In this document: one piece after another, positions 63,205-64,000 of the stretch
Layout of the letters: each line of letters opens with the position of its first letter
Position numbering within the stretch: position 1 is the first letter of the stretch
DNA from: Lachnospiraceae bacterium
Lineage (GTDB): Bacteria; Bacillota; Clostridia; Lachnospirales; Lachnospiraceae
NCBI GenBank assembly: GCA_017434885.1
Contig: JAFSGE010000031.1
Location: 52,968-116,967, forward strand
Direction: 5' to 3'
Length of the DNA: 64,000 nucleotides
Made by a program: the position numbers and the translations under genes
Notes under the pieces: model-generated
The model's input: only the letters and a program-made list of their open reading frames with translations
What the model was told of the DNA's origin: nothing
The model's database searches: none

Positions 63205-64000
63205 TCATTTCAGCGGCAATGTAATTCCGACCCGGAATACCGTTTCTTTTGGATAAATATCTATACTACCGCCATATTTTTGGGTGATATCTTTCACGGA
63301 TTCCAGACCGATTCCAAAACGCTTGGAATCGGTCTCTTTGCGGGACAGAAAACGGTTATGTTTTTGCATTACAATGCCGTCATAAGTATTTTCTACCAAA
63401 ATAAACCATTGGCCGTCTGTTTCGTGGGAACTAATCGTAATAGTTTTTTCAGAACCTGATTTCTTGTCTTCAGGCATCCGCTTACAAGCATCTACTGCAT
63501 TTTCCAAAAGATTTCCCAAAACCGAGCATAACTCCACATCAGGCAATACCTGCTGTTGCGGCATCCAGAAACGGATATTCATGTAAATGTCATGTTCCTT
63601 TGCACAGAAATAATAATATTGCAGTAATACATCCACAGCAGTGTTCTCTGAAATTGCACCGGCAATCATATTGGAACGTGTGGCTGTATGCGCAGTAAGT
63701 GTATCAAGATAGCTCTGTAAATTTTTTAAAGGCCCTTCTGTCGCAGGTGTATGCTGCAGTTGCTCTACAAAGCCGGATATGGTATAGATCTGTTGCCTAA
63801 AGTCATGAGTCATTTTCCTGCGTTCTTCCAGCTGACCGCTAAGTTCACGGTGATATATCTCCTGCATGGCAAGCTGCTTTTTGAATTGGTGATTTTCTTC
63901 CTCAAAGGCCAGTTTATTAATATAGGCATTTGTTAAGTCGCGCCATAGAGTATAGCCGATGGCACATATGATAATCAGACTTCCCCAGTCCATAAACCAA
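63205..64000 (-). CDS. AgrC/ComD-type (HPK10, GHKL 'HATPase_c_5') sensor histidine kinase, partial because the 5' end runs off the window
   Basis: The H-box is 'MTHDFRQQIYTISG', the N-box 'LGNLLENAVDAC' and the G-box 'RFGIGLESVKDITQKYGGSIDI'. The reading frame is still open at position 64000. Confidence 0.8.
   Translation of the reverse strand, partial: WFMDWGSLIIICAIGYTLWRDLTNAYINKLAFEEENHQFKKQLAMQEIYHRELSGQLEERRKMTHDFRQQIYTISGFVEQLQHTPATEGPLKNLQSYLDTLTAHTATRSNMIAGAISENTAVDVLLQYYYFCAKEHDIYMNIRFWMPQQQVLPDVELCSVLGNLLENAVDACKRMPEDKKSGSEKTITISSHETDGQWFILVENTYDGIVMQKHNRFLSRKETDSKRFGIGLESVKDITQKYGGSIDIYPKETVFRVGITLPLK

Noticed and set aside
1-64000. Search for rRNA, tRNA, CRISPR arrays, phage or known defence-system genes
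   Set aside because: None was recognised by eye. I saw no spaced perfect repeats, no cloverleaf-like conserved T-loop sequences, and no Cas, restriction or abortive-infection signatures among the ORFs. A tRNAscan/Infernal/minCED run would be needed to confirm this.

Overview
This is a low-GC Firmicutes (Clostridia/Lachnospiraceae-like) chromosomal window with about 55 protein genes. I recognised no rRNA, tRNA, CRISPR array, integrase or phage genes. CDS coordinates follow the supplied ORF track, with starts moved to RBS-supported internal codons where stated. Non-CDS coordinates were hand-counted and may be off by 1-2 nt. Positions 1-43 kb mix housekeeping genes, carbohydrate enzymes, regulators, gene remnants and one mobile-type gene. 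The housekeeping genes are secA-prfB (with the classical +1 frameshift), tex, trkA-trkH, ptb-buk and an rsmH-like paralog. The carbohydrate enzymes are GH127, GH43 and GH13. The regulators are a MarR, three XRE proteins, and a response regulator plus hybrid kinase with Hpt. There are several gene remnants and one Rpn/PD-(D/E)XK transposase-like gene. The most interesting region is 43.2-63.2 kb. A truncated RelA/SpoT-domain gene is followed by a tight 12-gene co-directional operon (43669-60873). The operon encodes a STAS protein, a Cache/HAMP/PP2C phosphatase fused to a SpoIIAB/RsbW-like GHKL domain, and a LuxE-like and a LuxC-like enzyme. It carries three adenylate-forming domains in total. 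It also encodes a GNAT, an HxxxD acyltransferase-like protein, an APH-family kinase, two MATE exporters with C-terminal GHKL-like domains, and two lipoproteins. No sigma factor is present in the window. A neighbouring amino-acid ABC ATPase carries a similar degenerate C-terminal domain and sits downstream of an AgrC-type kinase. I propose, as inference, a sigma-less partner-switching network that controls a small-molecule biosynthesis and export cassette. Other points of note are an imperfect ~45-bp element present twice (42.15 kb and 60.9 kb), an apparently circularly permuted substrate-binding lipoprotein, and a 141-nt compound palindrome after buk.
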